NCBI RefSeq assembly: GCF_000002075.1 | Contig: NW_004797676.1 | Coordinates: 207,018 to 265,366 of the forward strand | Direction: 5' to 3' | Length of the DNA: 58,349 nt | Source: Aplysia californica | Lineage: Eukaryota | Shown: positions 24,180 to 35,147 of the stretch, piece after piece | Numbering within the stretch: position 1 is the first letter of the stretch | Layout of the letters: each line of letters starts with the position of its first letter | Translations under genes and position numbers: made by a program | Notes under the pieces: model-generated | Told to the model about the DNA's origin: nothing | Databases searched by the model: none | Seen by the model: the letters and a program-made list of their open reading frames with translations, nothing else

Positions 24180-24343
24180 GTGTGGACGAAAATGGCAGGC
24201 CTTCTATAAGCATGCTGAGCGAGGATGGCTGCAACGTGTATATATCAGATGTGGATCCGGTTTTTGATGGACTTGTTGGATTCATCATCGGTTTGTTCAA
24301 GGGTATAATAAAAAGGAAAGTCAAAAGTCTTCTTTCTCACGAG
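24180..24343 (+). CDS. LBP/BPI: LBP/BPI coding exon 5 (first conserved Cys)
   Basis: gtcgcag|GT...GAG|gttggt. Encodes GVDENGRPSISMLSEDGCNVYISDVDPVFDGLVGFIIGLFKGIIKRKVKSLLSHE. Phase 1->0. Confidence 0.9.
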
Positions 24344-24600
24344 GTTGGTTAGTCTTTCTTTACCTTGGTTTTAGTCATTCTGATACTCTTGTACTCTTGT
24401 CGGTAATGTAGTTTGTGTAGTTTATGTAGTTTTTAATAATGTTAATAGTGTCCAACTTTCTGTGGCTGGTATGATGTTGATGTTGTTGTTGTTGTTAGTG
24501 GTGGTGGTGGTGGTGTTGTTGTTGTTGTTAATGTGATTATTTTTTATTTAATTGTTAATATGGTAGTTGTTGATACTGTTGTCATGTTTATATAGTTTAA

Positions 24601-24841
24601 CCTTGTCCGTGCGTCGTGTTTTACTATCGTATCTATACGACGTGGGGAACTCTGTTCCACCACTTTCCAAAGAGGAAATTTACTCGTTAATCCGATCCGT
24701 ACGTTTTGCATAGCAATCTGTCAAAATGATTTTTTAAAAGAAATACTGAACGTTTCAAAGAGACTTTGCACTAGAAGTATTCTAAAATGTGAAGATTACA
24801 ACCCCAGGGGTACAAAATGACCCCAGGGCGTACGAATAGGG
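24601..24841. mobile_element. Degenerate piggyBac-like MITE
   Basis: TTAA on both sides (24597-24600 and 24842-24845) with imperfect TIR ccttgtccgtgcg / cgtacgaataggg. Confidence 0.45.
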
Positions 24842-24999
24842 TTAAAATGCTGAGGCAATTGATGGTATTGTTCATGTTGTTTATATTTGTCCTTTCATTC
24901 ATTATTGGCGATGTTGCCATTGTTGATGCCTTTGCTTTTTTGCTAATGGCGTTATTGTTTTTATTATTGTTTTCCTTTGAAAGAGAAGAAAGGTCAGTT

Positions 25000-26100
25000 C
25001 TCAAGGTGGATGAGGAAAATATAGATCTATATGATATCAGATATGCCGCACCGGTTGCGCACCTTCAGAAAAGGACCTTCAATACATTGCTTCTATAACT
25101 GTTGTGACGGAAAGTGAATGTAAAGAACTACTGTTCAATGTGAAGGAAACAGATTGCCTGACAATATCTCTTGGTTTGTTGTTCTTTTTTGTTGTTTTTT
25201 GTGTTTTTATTAATGTTGTTGCTTTTGTTTGTTGTTGTTTTCTGTTGTTGTTTTTTTTGTTGCTTGCTGCTGTTGTTCTGTTGTTTTTATCTATTTTTTA
25301 AATTATTTGTTTTTGAGGGGGGGGGGGAGAATTTTGCTGTAAACCCTATTAACAATCTTATAAGCAAACGCGAAAAGATCAAACAAGTTCAACAGTTTAA
25401 ATATCTAAAACTAGCTGGGCCCCGTTTTGATGAAAGAAATGATCGGTGCATTAACATCAACAGAAAGTTATTGGCCTACTATATTTACACTCTACTGGAA
25501 TGGAGTAATAAATCTTGAGAGATGCAAAAAAAATAGAAGGTCTATATCTATACTCTCAAAACAAAATATCACTTCAGGCACTTCCGCTGTAGAGGACAGC
25601 TACGCAGATTTGTTTCGTTTCTCAGTGGAATAATCACAAAGGCCAAAGAAGGACGGGAACTTTTTGTCAATATATTTGTCTAAATTCAGGAAATGAATAA
25701 ATAAAAAATCGGCTTCCGTCATATTATTATGGGGACCTATCTATCTTTTTGCAGGCACTTGCCAATTTTCAACTCTGTAGCTGTCGTAGTTTTATGGGAA
25801 AAGTGACATGGTTCCAAGTTGCCAAATATATAATAGATTATCATTACATGATACTGAATAGTCCACAGAAATAAAACGAGGAATCGCAAAAGCTAAAGAC
25901 AGGTTCCATAAAAATGAGTTCAATCCTGAAATAAGAAACATATCAAAGACTACTAGGAGTTCTAAAATGCTATGTGAGCTCAATCCTTCTATGGCTGTCA
26001 ATGCCATAGATTGTGAAAATAGAAGCAACAAAAATGTTGTTTCTTAAGAGACTTTTGATAATTTCATGTATGAAAAAGAAATCAAACGAGGAAGAAAGAA
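25000..26100 (+). mobile_element. Fragmented RTE-clade LINE reverse-transcriptase remnant
   Basis: Traces KVDEENIDLYDIRYA (IRYADD-like), KQVQQFKYL, EIKRGIAKAK and IEATKMLFLKRLL.ISC.KKKSNEE. Confidence 0.6.
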
Positions 26101-26160
26101 GCTCACCTGGGGCGCTTACTAATAAAAACAGTTAGGAAGCGCTGCTCCTCCTTCTTCTTT

Positions 26161-26490
26161 TCTGAGTTTCTATTGTCCTCATGGTTTTTTTTTCTGAGTT
26201 CACTGTTTATATTGTCGTAATGTTTTCCTTTGGAATTTTTTTTCAGTGTTTCTCTTGTCCTGATCTTTTCCTTCTGAGGTTTTCACTGTTTCTATTGTCG
26301 TAATGTTTTCCTTCTGGATGTTTTCAGTATTTCTATTGTCCTAATGTTTTCTTTCTAATTTTGTTTTCAGCACTTATATTGTCCTACTGTTTTCTTTTGA
26401 TTTTTTTTTCACTGTTTCTATTGTCGTAATGTTTTCCTTCTGAATTTGTTTCCGTGTTTCTATTGCCCTATAGTTTTCTTTCTGAAATTC
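26161..26490. repeat. Degenerate ~40-bp minisatellite (about 8 units)
   Basis: Recurrent tctga..ttttcactgtttctattgtcgtaatgttttcct unit. Confidence 0.8.
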
Positions 26491-26748
26491 TTTTCTCTTA
26501 GTGTTTTCGTTCTGGAATGTGACAATCGTAGTGCTGACTTAGCACAGCCGTCAGAGGACAGTTGGTCTGCTGAGTGCAGTCTGAGTGTAATTTACAATCA
26601 TTATTCATCTCGCAGGGAGAAATCTGTCTTGGTCGTCAACAATGGCAGTAGACGTTACAAAGGTTAGGTGCACTCACGCATACGCACAACAAGACCGGAC
26701 ATTAGTAAATAATGTCTCACGTGCTGGGACAACCCGCTCCATAGAACA

Positions 26749-26820
<72 letters not shown>

Positions 26821-27494
26821 CTTGCTCTTTCTCTCTCTCCCGACCAAAATCTTGTGGATGAAAAGCAAAAGAGTTTATTTTAATCATGAATGGCTGATAA
26901 TGAAGGATGCTCCTTTCAGACAAACAGTCATTGGCAAATTTGCACAACATAAAAATCGAAGAACGTAAAATAATCTTTTTCCTGGTTCCAAACGTGGGAT
27001 TGCCACTAAAACGATAATAATACCTTTGAATCTTATTATATTTTCATTTTCATTTTTGATTTTTTATTGTGTTTTTTTATGGGGTTTTTGTTGCTGTTGT
27101 TTTTTTGTTGTTGTTGTTTTGGGGGGTTGTTTTTGGGCGGTTTTGTTGTTGTTGTNNNNNNNNNNNNNNNNNNNNNNNNNNNNNNNNNNNNNNNNNNNNN
27201 NNNNNNNNNNNNNNNNNNNNNNNNNNNNNNNNNNNNNNNNNNNNNNNNNNNNNNNNNNNNNNNNNNNNNNNNNNNNNNNNNNNNNNNNNNNNNNNNNNNN
27301 NNNNNNNNNNNNNNNNNNNNNNNNNNNNNNNNNNNNNNNNNNNNNNNNNNNNNTTTTTTTTTTTTTTTTGTTGCTTAAAGTGTTTTAAAAAAATATTTTT
27401 AAAATTGGCACTCATATGACCTTATGCAGTTGCGAGCACCGTGAAACCTTATTAAAACCAAACTAAAAAAAAGATTTTTTTGAGCCCCAAAAAT

Positions 27495-27999
27495 CCGGAG
27501 AAATGTCGATGTTCCGCGAAATTTATCGCGTTTTAACGATCGTATAATTGCCCGGCCATCTTAGATTGCGTTCATATTTTATATTTTTGAAATATTTTTA
27601 AAATACACTTCCATCTTTATTCTTTTACTCACATCAGGGAACATTCACATTTTCAAAAGTGTAAAAATATGAAAATTAAAATTAAAATTAACATATAAAA
27701 CTGAAGAGCTCACAAGAATTATACAATGCCAGGTATCAAACTCAAAGTTCAAAAAGGATATTTTCATATTTTTACACTGTTGAAAATATATGTGAATGTT
27801 CCTTGATGTGAGTAAAGAATAAAGATGGAAGTGTTGGTTTTTTGTTGTTGTTGGTTTGTTTTGTTTTTTTGGGGGGGGGGTAAAAAAAATATTAACGCAA
27901 TCTTCCGATTATGGCATCGTTAAAACACGCAGCGCAATCTTAAGATGGCCGCGCAATTATACGATTGGTAAATTGCGCGGAACATCGAGACTCATCTGG
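27495..27999. mobile_element. Palindromic (foldback) MITE
   Basis: tcgatgttccgcg...ggccatcttagattgcg...acacttccatctttattct...tactcacatca mirrored by tgatgtgagtaaagaataaagatggaagtgt...cgcaatcttaagatggcc...cgcggaacatcga. Confidence 0.75.
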
Positions 28000-28563
28000 A
28001 CACTCTGTCCCTAAAGTACACCTCTCTGTGTCTGAAAAATGATGCTCCTGTTTATAATTTTTGTTTTATCAATTTTCTCTTGCTTGTCAAACATGTCTTT
28101 TTTTGTGTAGCATTAGATTTGAGCTCACCTGCTTAGCTTTTCAGAGAGTTTCAGAGCATGTCTTAATTCAAATTTCTCGTCATTTATCAATCTCACTGAT
28201 GGCACAGCAGAATATACACTTGCTTCTGATTGCTCATAAAATGTTTGCAATTGTGCTTTCTGATCAAGCCATACAGATGTTTACGATTTCAACTTCTGGT
28301 GTATTTGTAAAGATGTTTGCGATTTTAATTTCTGATATATATCTGTAAAGATATAATTTTGAATTCCGATCGACTCATATAGATCATGTTTGCAGTTATA
28401 TCGACGAACTACTCTAAAAATGTTTCCTACTCCAATTTCAGATCTAATTGTTACGTCTGCAGTTTCAGCCGTTTATCTATTTGTGATAGAGTTAGTAGCT
28501 TCAACTTAATGTCAACTCCTTACAATTTCAAACTATTCTTATCCTCACTCTTCTGATCCCCAG

Positions 28564-28655
28564 TGAATGTGGAGGTGGCCGATAAGTTCTTACTGGACTA
28601 TCATCTGCTGGCTGCTCCATACATGAGCGACACTTTTCTGGACTTGATGTTCAAG
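28564..28655 (+). CDS. LBP/BPI: LBP/BPI coding exon 7 (exon 6 not found)
   Basis: gatccccag|TG...AAG|gttaga. Encodes xNVEVADKFLLDYHLLAAPYMSDTFLDLMFK (DYxLxxxP...K|GE). Phase 1->0. Confidence 0.92.
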
Positions 28656-29074
28656 GTTAGAGCTGGGCAGTGTTATGCTCTAATGGTGTTTCAGAAAAAA
28701 AACCAGATAAACGTTTTTTGTTCTAATATCATTCCTGACGTTGATCTGCTGGTTCTCAACAGACGGCAGGAGTCGGTGAGCTCTATAAATAATCAATAAA
28801 GTATAGTGGGCTAACATGTGCGTCGTTTCTCATCAGTTCAGTCAAAAGTGCAGTTTATGTGTGTTGAATAATTGAATACGTAAGAAAAACACTGTGCCTA
28901 AAGCCAAAATAGCAAACAATGAGTTCTTCGTATCTACAAGTAGAGAAGACTGGCCCGCAACAACCGATAGTGCACATGACACTCTACCGGTAACGGTGAA
29001 GAAAAAAAAGGTAAAAACTGCCCCGTGTTTCAAAGAAAAACGTAAACCCAAGTCCATGGATTTTGCCGGGGTAG

Positions 29075-30465
29075 GCACAGTCATGCCACAAGGATCAGTC
29101 TCATCACCGGTCCTGTTCGACATAATAACATCTAAAATTTTCAGGATCGGTTTAAGTGGAGCAGGAAGAATCCTGACCTCTGCAGACGATGTGATGGTCT
29201 ACGGACAAGGTCATGATAGGCTAGCGGTTGGACGGATGCTACAGGAGGAGATGAACAAGGTCACAGATTGGTGTGAGGAATACAATGCGGTCATCAATCC
29301 ACACAAAGCACAGGTCATCTGGTGGTCACTCAACAACCGTATTGTGAAAGATCCTACCTGTCCAACTGTGTTTGACCACTTTGTCATAGACAGACAGCAG
29401 GAATTGCAGTACCTGGGAATCACTCTGGACAGGACACTTTCTTTCCGAAAACATATTGACAAAGTTGCAGTCAGGGCACAGAAGGGCATTAATGCAGTGA
29501 AGACCTTGGCTTCAGCGGGAATTTAACAGAGAGTTCTTTTTTTCCTAATGCAGTTGGTTGTTCTGTCAGTCATAGACTATGGTCTGGGCATCCTCTTCCT
29601 GTCCAAGACTCAGATAGACAAGTTGAAGAGAGTACGGAATGCAGCTATGAAGGCAGTCTTGGGTTGCACAAAAGACACTCAAATTGTCTGTTGTCTGTAC
29701 GAGATACAACCTGGACCAGACCAGCATCAGAGGGGAATCATAAGGTGGCACAGACAACGAAAGCTGTATCTGAATATTTTGGGAGACCCGATGCACCCTT
29801 TGCATGACAACTTAAGCAGCATCAAAGGAAATAGGATCAAACGAGGCAACTCATGAATGACAGAAGCTGAAGACTCCTTGAGGAAAGCTTGTGGCATTGA
29901 TGAAATATGCAGTGGAAAGAAATAGTTTGAACTGAGCTCCAATTGCAGAAACCTGGCCAAAGTTCACATCATTGTGAGTCGTGAAAGACGGGAATGGTGC
30001 TGCTGTCATTAACGACAATGACATACGACAGTTGATTGAGGAGCACTCTAAGCCAGAGGACCCAGTTATCTACACGGATGGATCTGTCAGGAGGGGTGAA
30101 AGGGGATGGCTGGGGTTTTGTGCTGTATAGTGGGAACAAACAGGTTCATAGCATGTCAGGGGCCATAGAAAAAACAACTTCAAGTATGAAAAGGGAGGTT
30201 GAGGCCGTAACAAGAGCACTTCGCTGGCTTCAAAATGCAAGACCGAGAACTACCCATCTCATTATTGTCACAGACTCCGAGAGCAACCAGGGAAGGGTTG
30301 AGAAAGGACTGCTTCGGGGTGAATGGATGAACCCAATACAACACACATCACTTAGAGCCTTCACGTGGATATTCTGTCCTGGGCACTTGAAGTGAAGGAC
30401 AATGAGAAGCTGATAGGCTGGTAGTGCCGTGGTTGATGGTGAGGTGAAATTCGACAAAGGAGAGC
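29075..30465 (+). mobile_element. 5'-truncated, decayed I-group non-LTR retrotransposon (RT + RNase H)
   Basis: PQGSVSSPVLFDI, SADDV and LQYLGITLDRTLSFRKHI (RT); YTDGSV, EVEAV, IVTDS and WIFCPGH (RNase H). Contains stops and frameshifts. Confidence 0.9.
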
Positions 30466-30800
30466 ATGGGTAAAATATCACTATAAGAATAGGAAAAAAT
30501 GATTCCACCTTAACGCATGGGTCAAATATCACAATAAGAATAGTTAAAAAGGATTCCGCCTCAAAGCATGGGGTCAAATATCACTTTTAAAATGAAACGA
30601 ATAGAATTACCTTAAAAGTTGTGTCAATTTATACTTCCACCTTGAACATGAAACAAATGATACCACTTTAAAACATGGGTCAGATAATATCAATTGACCA
30701 TGGATCAAACAACACCAGCTTTAACATGGGATAAATATTTCTAATAAAAACATGGGTCAAATAACACCACCTTAAATATGGGACAGGTAAAGCCAACTTA
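30462..30800. repeat. ~25/50-bp minisatellite (catgggtcaaata..accacctta), resuming after the hAT insertion at about 31577
   Basis: Repeated catgggtcaaata / ccacctt(a) units. Confidence 0.7.
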
Positions 30801-30801
30801 G

Positions 30802-31568
30802 CAGGGGTGGCTCGTGGGGCTAAAAAGTGTGTGTGCACAGTTAAGCTATTGGAGGCTGAAGATAGTCAAAGGCATAGTAAATGAGATGATGTACGTTTTT
30901 AGGATCTTTGGTTTGGTGAAGGAGGACCTCGCGCTTTCATTTTCATTCTTTTTACTTTTCGCTTTGATTTCTAGAACTAAATTTATTTGTTAGCCAAACA
31001 TCAATTTCGTTCATCCGGCAGTAGAACTGAACACTCAAATAATAACTTTCACCACTCCACTACAAAACCATTCAAAGGCACAACTCATAGAACGGTCATG
31101 TTCACCTCCCTCAAGTTTTTATAGTGTTGTCCACTCTGGTGTAGTCTATCGTGTTTATTTTTAGACTGCCTACTGTGAGCTATGTTTCGGCGCTATTCGG
31201 CAGGAGCGCAATGAGATGTGCCGTCTATTAATATTAATGTACCGCCAAACTCACTACGAGTGTCATCTTTGCTTAGGTTGTCCCAAAGAGCGATTTATAT
31301 GTCAGATTACCCCTGTTGAATAATATCCTATTATGTTTAGATAAAGCGCGTGGGCTTTGGCATGGCATAGTAGATGTTTTACGGCGCTATAGACACAGAA
31401 ATGATAGTTACGGCGCCTGCAAGGACCTTGTTTTGATATAATATATGATTTGGTTAGTGCTTGTTTCTGGCTTCTTTTATTTTATTATTGTGGGTGCTTT
31501 ATGTAAGAGAACATTAAAAAATTTGGGGCAGCACTGCACGATCGTGCTCTATGGACGAACTGCTCCTG
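30802..31568. mobile_element. Non-autonomous hAT element (767 bp)
   Basis: Exact 8-bp TSD caacttag (30794-30801 and 31569-31576). Imperfect TIR caggggtggctcgt / acgaactgctcctg (10/14). Confidence 0.8.
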
Positions 31569-31974
31569 CAACTTAGATATGGGTCAAGTACATGCACATG
31601 TAATACTTCTTTCTATTGGGTTCAGATAACCCTACCCTATACTTGGGACCCGCTATAATTATACAACTCGTGCGCCCTCTTGTATTATGGATGAGATAAT
31701 GTCTCTGTAAATGTAGTTTAGTTGATACTACTTGATAATATTAGTGGCCAGGTAGTACCGCGTTTAATAAGTGTATGAAAATAACAGTGCACTATAATAT
31801 TATTATGTTGTTCTGTCCCCCAGAACATGTGAGAGGTTATATTGATGCGAAGGCCTTCGACCAAAACACAACAATGAAAGTTTATTTTTTTCGTTAAACC
31901 ATCTCATTAGGAAAGAAATGCTTGGCAGACGACGCGGGGGAGGAGGGGGCTACTCTCGTGGTCCAGAGGTACGC

Positions 31975-32320
31975 TTCCTCCCCTCCCCTCCACTCTTTGT
32001 TCCCTCTTCTGGCTTCTGACTCTTTCTGCTGCCTTTCTGCTGCTGCTCCATGGCTCATTCTTACTATTGTCTTTCAGCCACACCCCTGATCTTAGGGTAG
32101 GTAAGATTTAACAACTAGCCTTCTCGATAAAAGGGTGGAAAAATCTCAGAGGTCAAGTATGCTAGTTGCGTACGTTAAAAATCCCTTGGTGGTCCTAAAA
32201 TCTATAAGAGTAGGCTTCGGTCGTCACCGAGACAAAATTCAAAACTAATTCCTACCAATTTAGCGTGTGTCTCACACCTTCATGACCTAATGCAGTTGCA
32301 AGGGTCGAAAAAACACTTTT
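31975..32320 (+). mobile_element. Nin-domain-like SINE copy
   Basis: Homologous to 43150-43650 (cagccacacccct...gttaaa.atcccttggtggtcc...aagagtagg...tgacct.atgcagttgc). Confidence 0.75.
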
Positions 32321-32371
32321 TCAAAAAGGACAACTCTGGCTCATGTCTTAGAATTAATAATAATAATAATA

Positions 32372-32703
32372 GATAGCATTTGTATAGCGCATATCCCCGC
32401 TCAGCAGCAGGCTCTATGCGCTTTACACTATATTACTACCCCAACAGACCATAGAACACTCCGAAACATTCTCAGCTTCCCGGGAAGCATACAGTGCAAG
32501 CAGCCGATTAAGCGCTCAAACACTAACAAACTGACAAGATCTTTTGCTGTCTATAGCCGGGTACCCATTCCCACCTGGGTGAAGTGAGGAAAATTCGTGT
32601 AAAGTGCCTTTCCCAAGGACACAACGTCGGGCCCCTGACGGGATTCGAACCCACGACCTTACGGTTGCATGTCCGAGAGCCTAACCACTAGGCCACCGAC
32701 GCC
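32372..32703 (-). mobile_element. Full-length tRNA-headed CORE-SINE
   Basis: Minus strand: A-box (tggcctagtgg), B-box (ggttcgaatcc), CORE-like gttgtgtccttgggaaaggcacttta...aatgggtacc, and a (tat)n tail. Copies at 48975-49325 (+), 18230-18415 and 34036-34260. Confidence 0.85.
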
Positions 32704-32955
32704 ACAAATTGATTAATGAGATTTGTTGTCTCAGTCTACCTTTAAAGTAGATGCCTTGTATACTGATTTTTTAAGACTAATTTTGAACAAGAATAAAAAT
32801 ATCTGTTTCCAAACTAGAACAAATACTACATAAAAGATTTTGAGTTAATAAAGTGAATTTTGTGTGGATATAATAACCCTCCAGTTATTTGGCTTAAATG
32901 GTGAAATGGTCAATTCAAGCACACAAAAAACAATCAACCAACCGACTTTCCCCAG

Positions 32956-33132
32956 GGAGAGATCTACTGGAAGGATGACAAGAAGGAAGCGCCATTTGCG
33001 CCAAAAGCGATTCCCGCTTTCTATGACCTGAGTAGGATGATAAGCGTATGGCTGACGGATCACACAGCCAACACATTCGCCTACGCCGCACACACTCATA
33101 ACTTCATTGAAAGGTACCTGAGAGCTCAAGAT
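32956..33132 (+). CDS. LBP/BPI: LBP/BPI coding exon 8
   Basis: ttccccag|GGA...GAT|gtaagt. Encodes GEIYWKDDKKEAPFAPKAIPAFYDLSRMISVWLTDHTANTFAYAAHTHNFIERYLRAQD. Confidence 0.94.
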
Positions 33133-33785
33133 GTAAGTGATAGTCTTTTTTTCTTACAGAACTCTAGATTGCAAGCTTTAATAATATGTTTACCCAGTAT
33201 TTATCTAATATATTTGTATTGTCTGTTTATCAACACGTATGTGTGTGTTGTTAATTCAGGAGTATAGATTTCCTCCTTGTCTGCTTATTTGTGGGACATA
33301 TTAATTGTAGTTTTTAGAGTGCGTTCTCGAAAGTTTGTTTTCACTTTGCCCAGATAAAGAAAGAAATATCGGAATAATTGTCTTTTGATCTGACCCATCG
33401 GAGTAGCCTCTCCAAGAGAGTGTGTGAGATATTAAATGGTGTAAGGGAGGACTCTCTCAGAGAGTGAGTGAGATATGGGGGGGGGGGGTGGAGGATGCTT
33501 TAAAAAGACTGTATTTTCAAAGAGTGGGAGAAACCTCGTTTAGAGATAGCGTCAGGATTGAGTAGGAGGGGCCTCTCTCAGAGAGTGCCGGGGGGTTAAA
33601 ACAATGAGATCTGAGGGGAGTTTATTAAATGGTTGGGGGGGGGGTGACTTTTATGGCTATTTCTTAATTGTTTTTTGTTCTATTTATAACAGATTTTGCG
33701 AATCAAGAAGCTAAGGCCACTACAATTGCATTATAGGACAGGGACAAGTCGCTCATGAGTTTCTTATATTATTATTTTGTTACAG

Positions 33786-33860
33786 CTTTCTGTAACATAC
33801 CGCTCCATGCTGAACACGACCTGCACATCGGGGGACTGTATCGGGACAATTATTCCTCAA
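33786..33860 (+). CDS. LBP/BPI: LBP/BPI coding exon 9
   Basis: ttacag|CTT...CAA|gtgagt. Encodes LSVTYRSMLNTTCTSGDCIGTIIPQ (LNTTC..CIG.xIPQ as in invertebrate LBP/BPIs). Confidence 0.92.
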
Positions 33861-35091
33861 GTGAGTGGTGGTCAAGTTGTTGTTTTTTTTTCTTAATGTT
33901 TAAAATATTGGAGTGTTTATTTATAGTTGCGTATCCTCAAGAAGGCTTGAGGTGCTTATTTATTATAGTTTGGTATCCTCAAGAAGGCTCTCACAACTCG
34001 GTAGTTCCATTGGCTGGTCTGTTACTTAATAATAAATAGCATTTGTATAGCGCATATCCCCGCTCAACAGCAGGTCCTATGCGCTTTACAACCCGGTTAG
34101 TCATCTCAGTCCCTTGGAGAGGCGTACAATGTTGCAGCCTGTTAGGCACACGTGATTGTCTTTTCATAATCTGTCAGTGGTGAAAGCCAAAATTCTTTTT
34201 TGCAGCTGGGTGAACTGAGTGATAACAAGGTAGAGAACCTTTGATAGAGTCGCATCCAACAGAGCTGGGAACTGGACAACATGCCGCGTTGAAGGCTAAA
34301 ATCATGACAATTGTTCATTTACTTACTTACTTACTTGGTTGGAGAAGAGACATCATTGCAGGCAGCATAATGCCATAGCTGCTCCTCCCTCCTCTCCAGG
34401 ATCCATGAAAGGATCTGCCGCTGATCGTGCCTATGTATACAAAATACACTTGGGCATGTTCATTTGCTGATAGAAAATGTATACAGCTTTTTACATGACA
34501 CAGGAAGAGTTTTACTTCATGATGTGAATCCAACAGTTATATTTGTTTCTTTGTTTTGTTTTTTGCTGTCGCTGTTTGTTTTGTTTTTGTTTTTGTTTGT
34601 TGGGGGAGGGGCGGTTATCTTGACATTAAAAAGGGTTTTTAGGGCTAGATGCTGTCCATTTCTAGGAATCCCTTTAGATTTTACGTATATTTCATGGGAC
34701 TGCATATTCTGCTTTTGTCTTTCTTGCTCATGTTTTTTTGTTGTTTTTTTCTATTTGCAGCTTCTTATCTAAGAGGAATTCTCTTTCTCATACAGGGCCC
34801 TTTTCTGTCTTACTAGCAATGTTTCAAAACCAGTGTGCCACTGCACAGTCCTTCCGTGAAATAAGTCAGTGAGGATTAATATTGCAAGTCGGATAAAATT
34901 CAAGATTCGTTAAATCGAAATAAGATCTTACAAATTAATTGATCGACGGCGGAAATTTTGGATGGATATACAAAGATTCAGCATCACTACAGAAATGCAC
35001 TCATTACATTTAGGCACAACGATACACATACATGTACGACAATGCATAACTCACTCGCACTAGCGTATACAACATATTCATGGGCATCTTT

Positions 35092-35147
<56 letters not shown>

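Noticed and set aside
26161-26490. Regularly spaced repeats resembling a CRISPR array (also 30462-30800 and 39179-39375)
   Set aside because: Head-to-tail degenerate minisatellites without unique spacers, lying in eukaryotic introns, with no cas genes.
26616-26662. Exon-like segment (tcgcag|GGAGAAATCTGT...AAAG|gttagg) as the missing LBP/BPI exon 6
   Set aside because: At 47 nt it is not 3n+1, and the phase-0 frame has a stop (GEICLGRQQWQ*).
32630-32703. tRNA-like sequences (also about 9650-9690, 12195-12260, 43155-43210 and 48985-49050)
   Set aside because: They are SINE heads attached to repeat bodies and do not form an intact cloverleaf.
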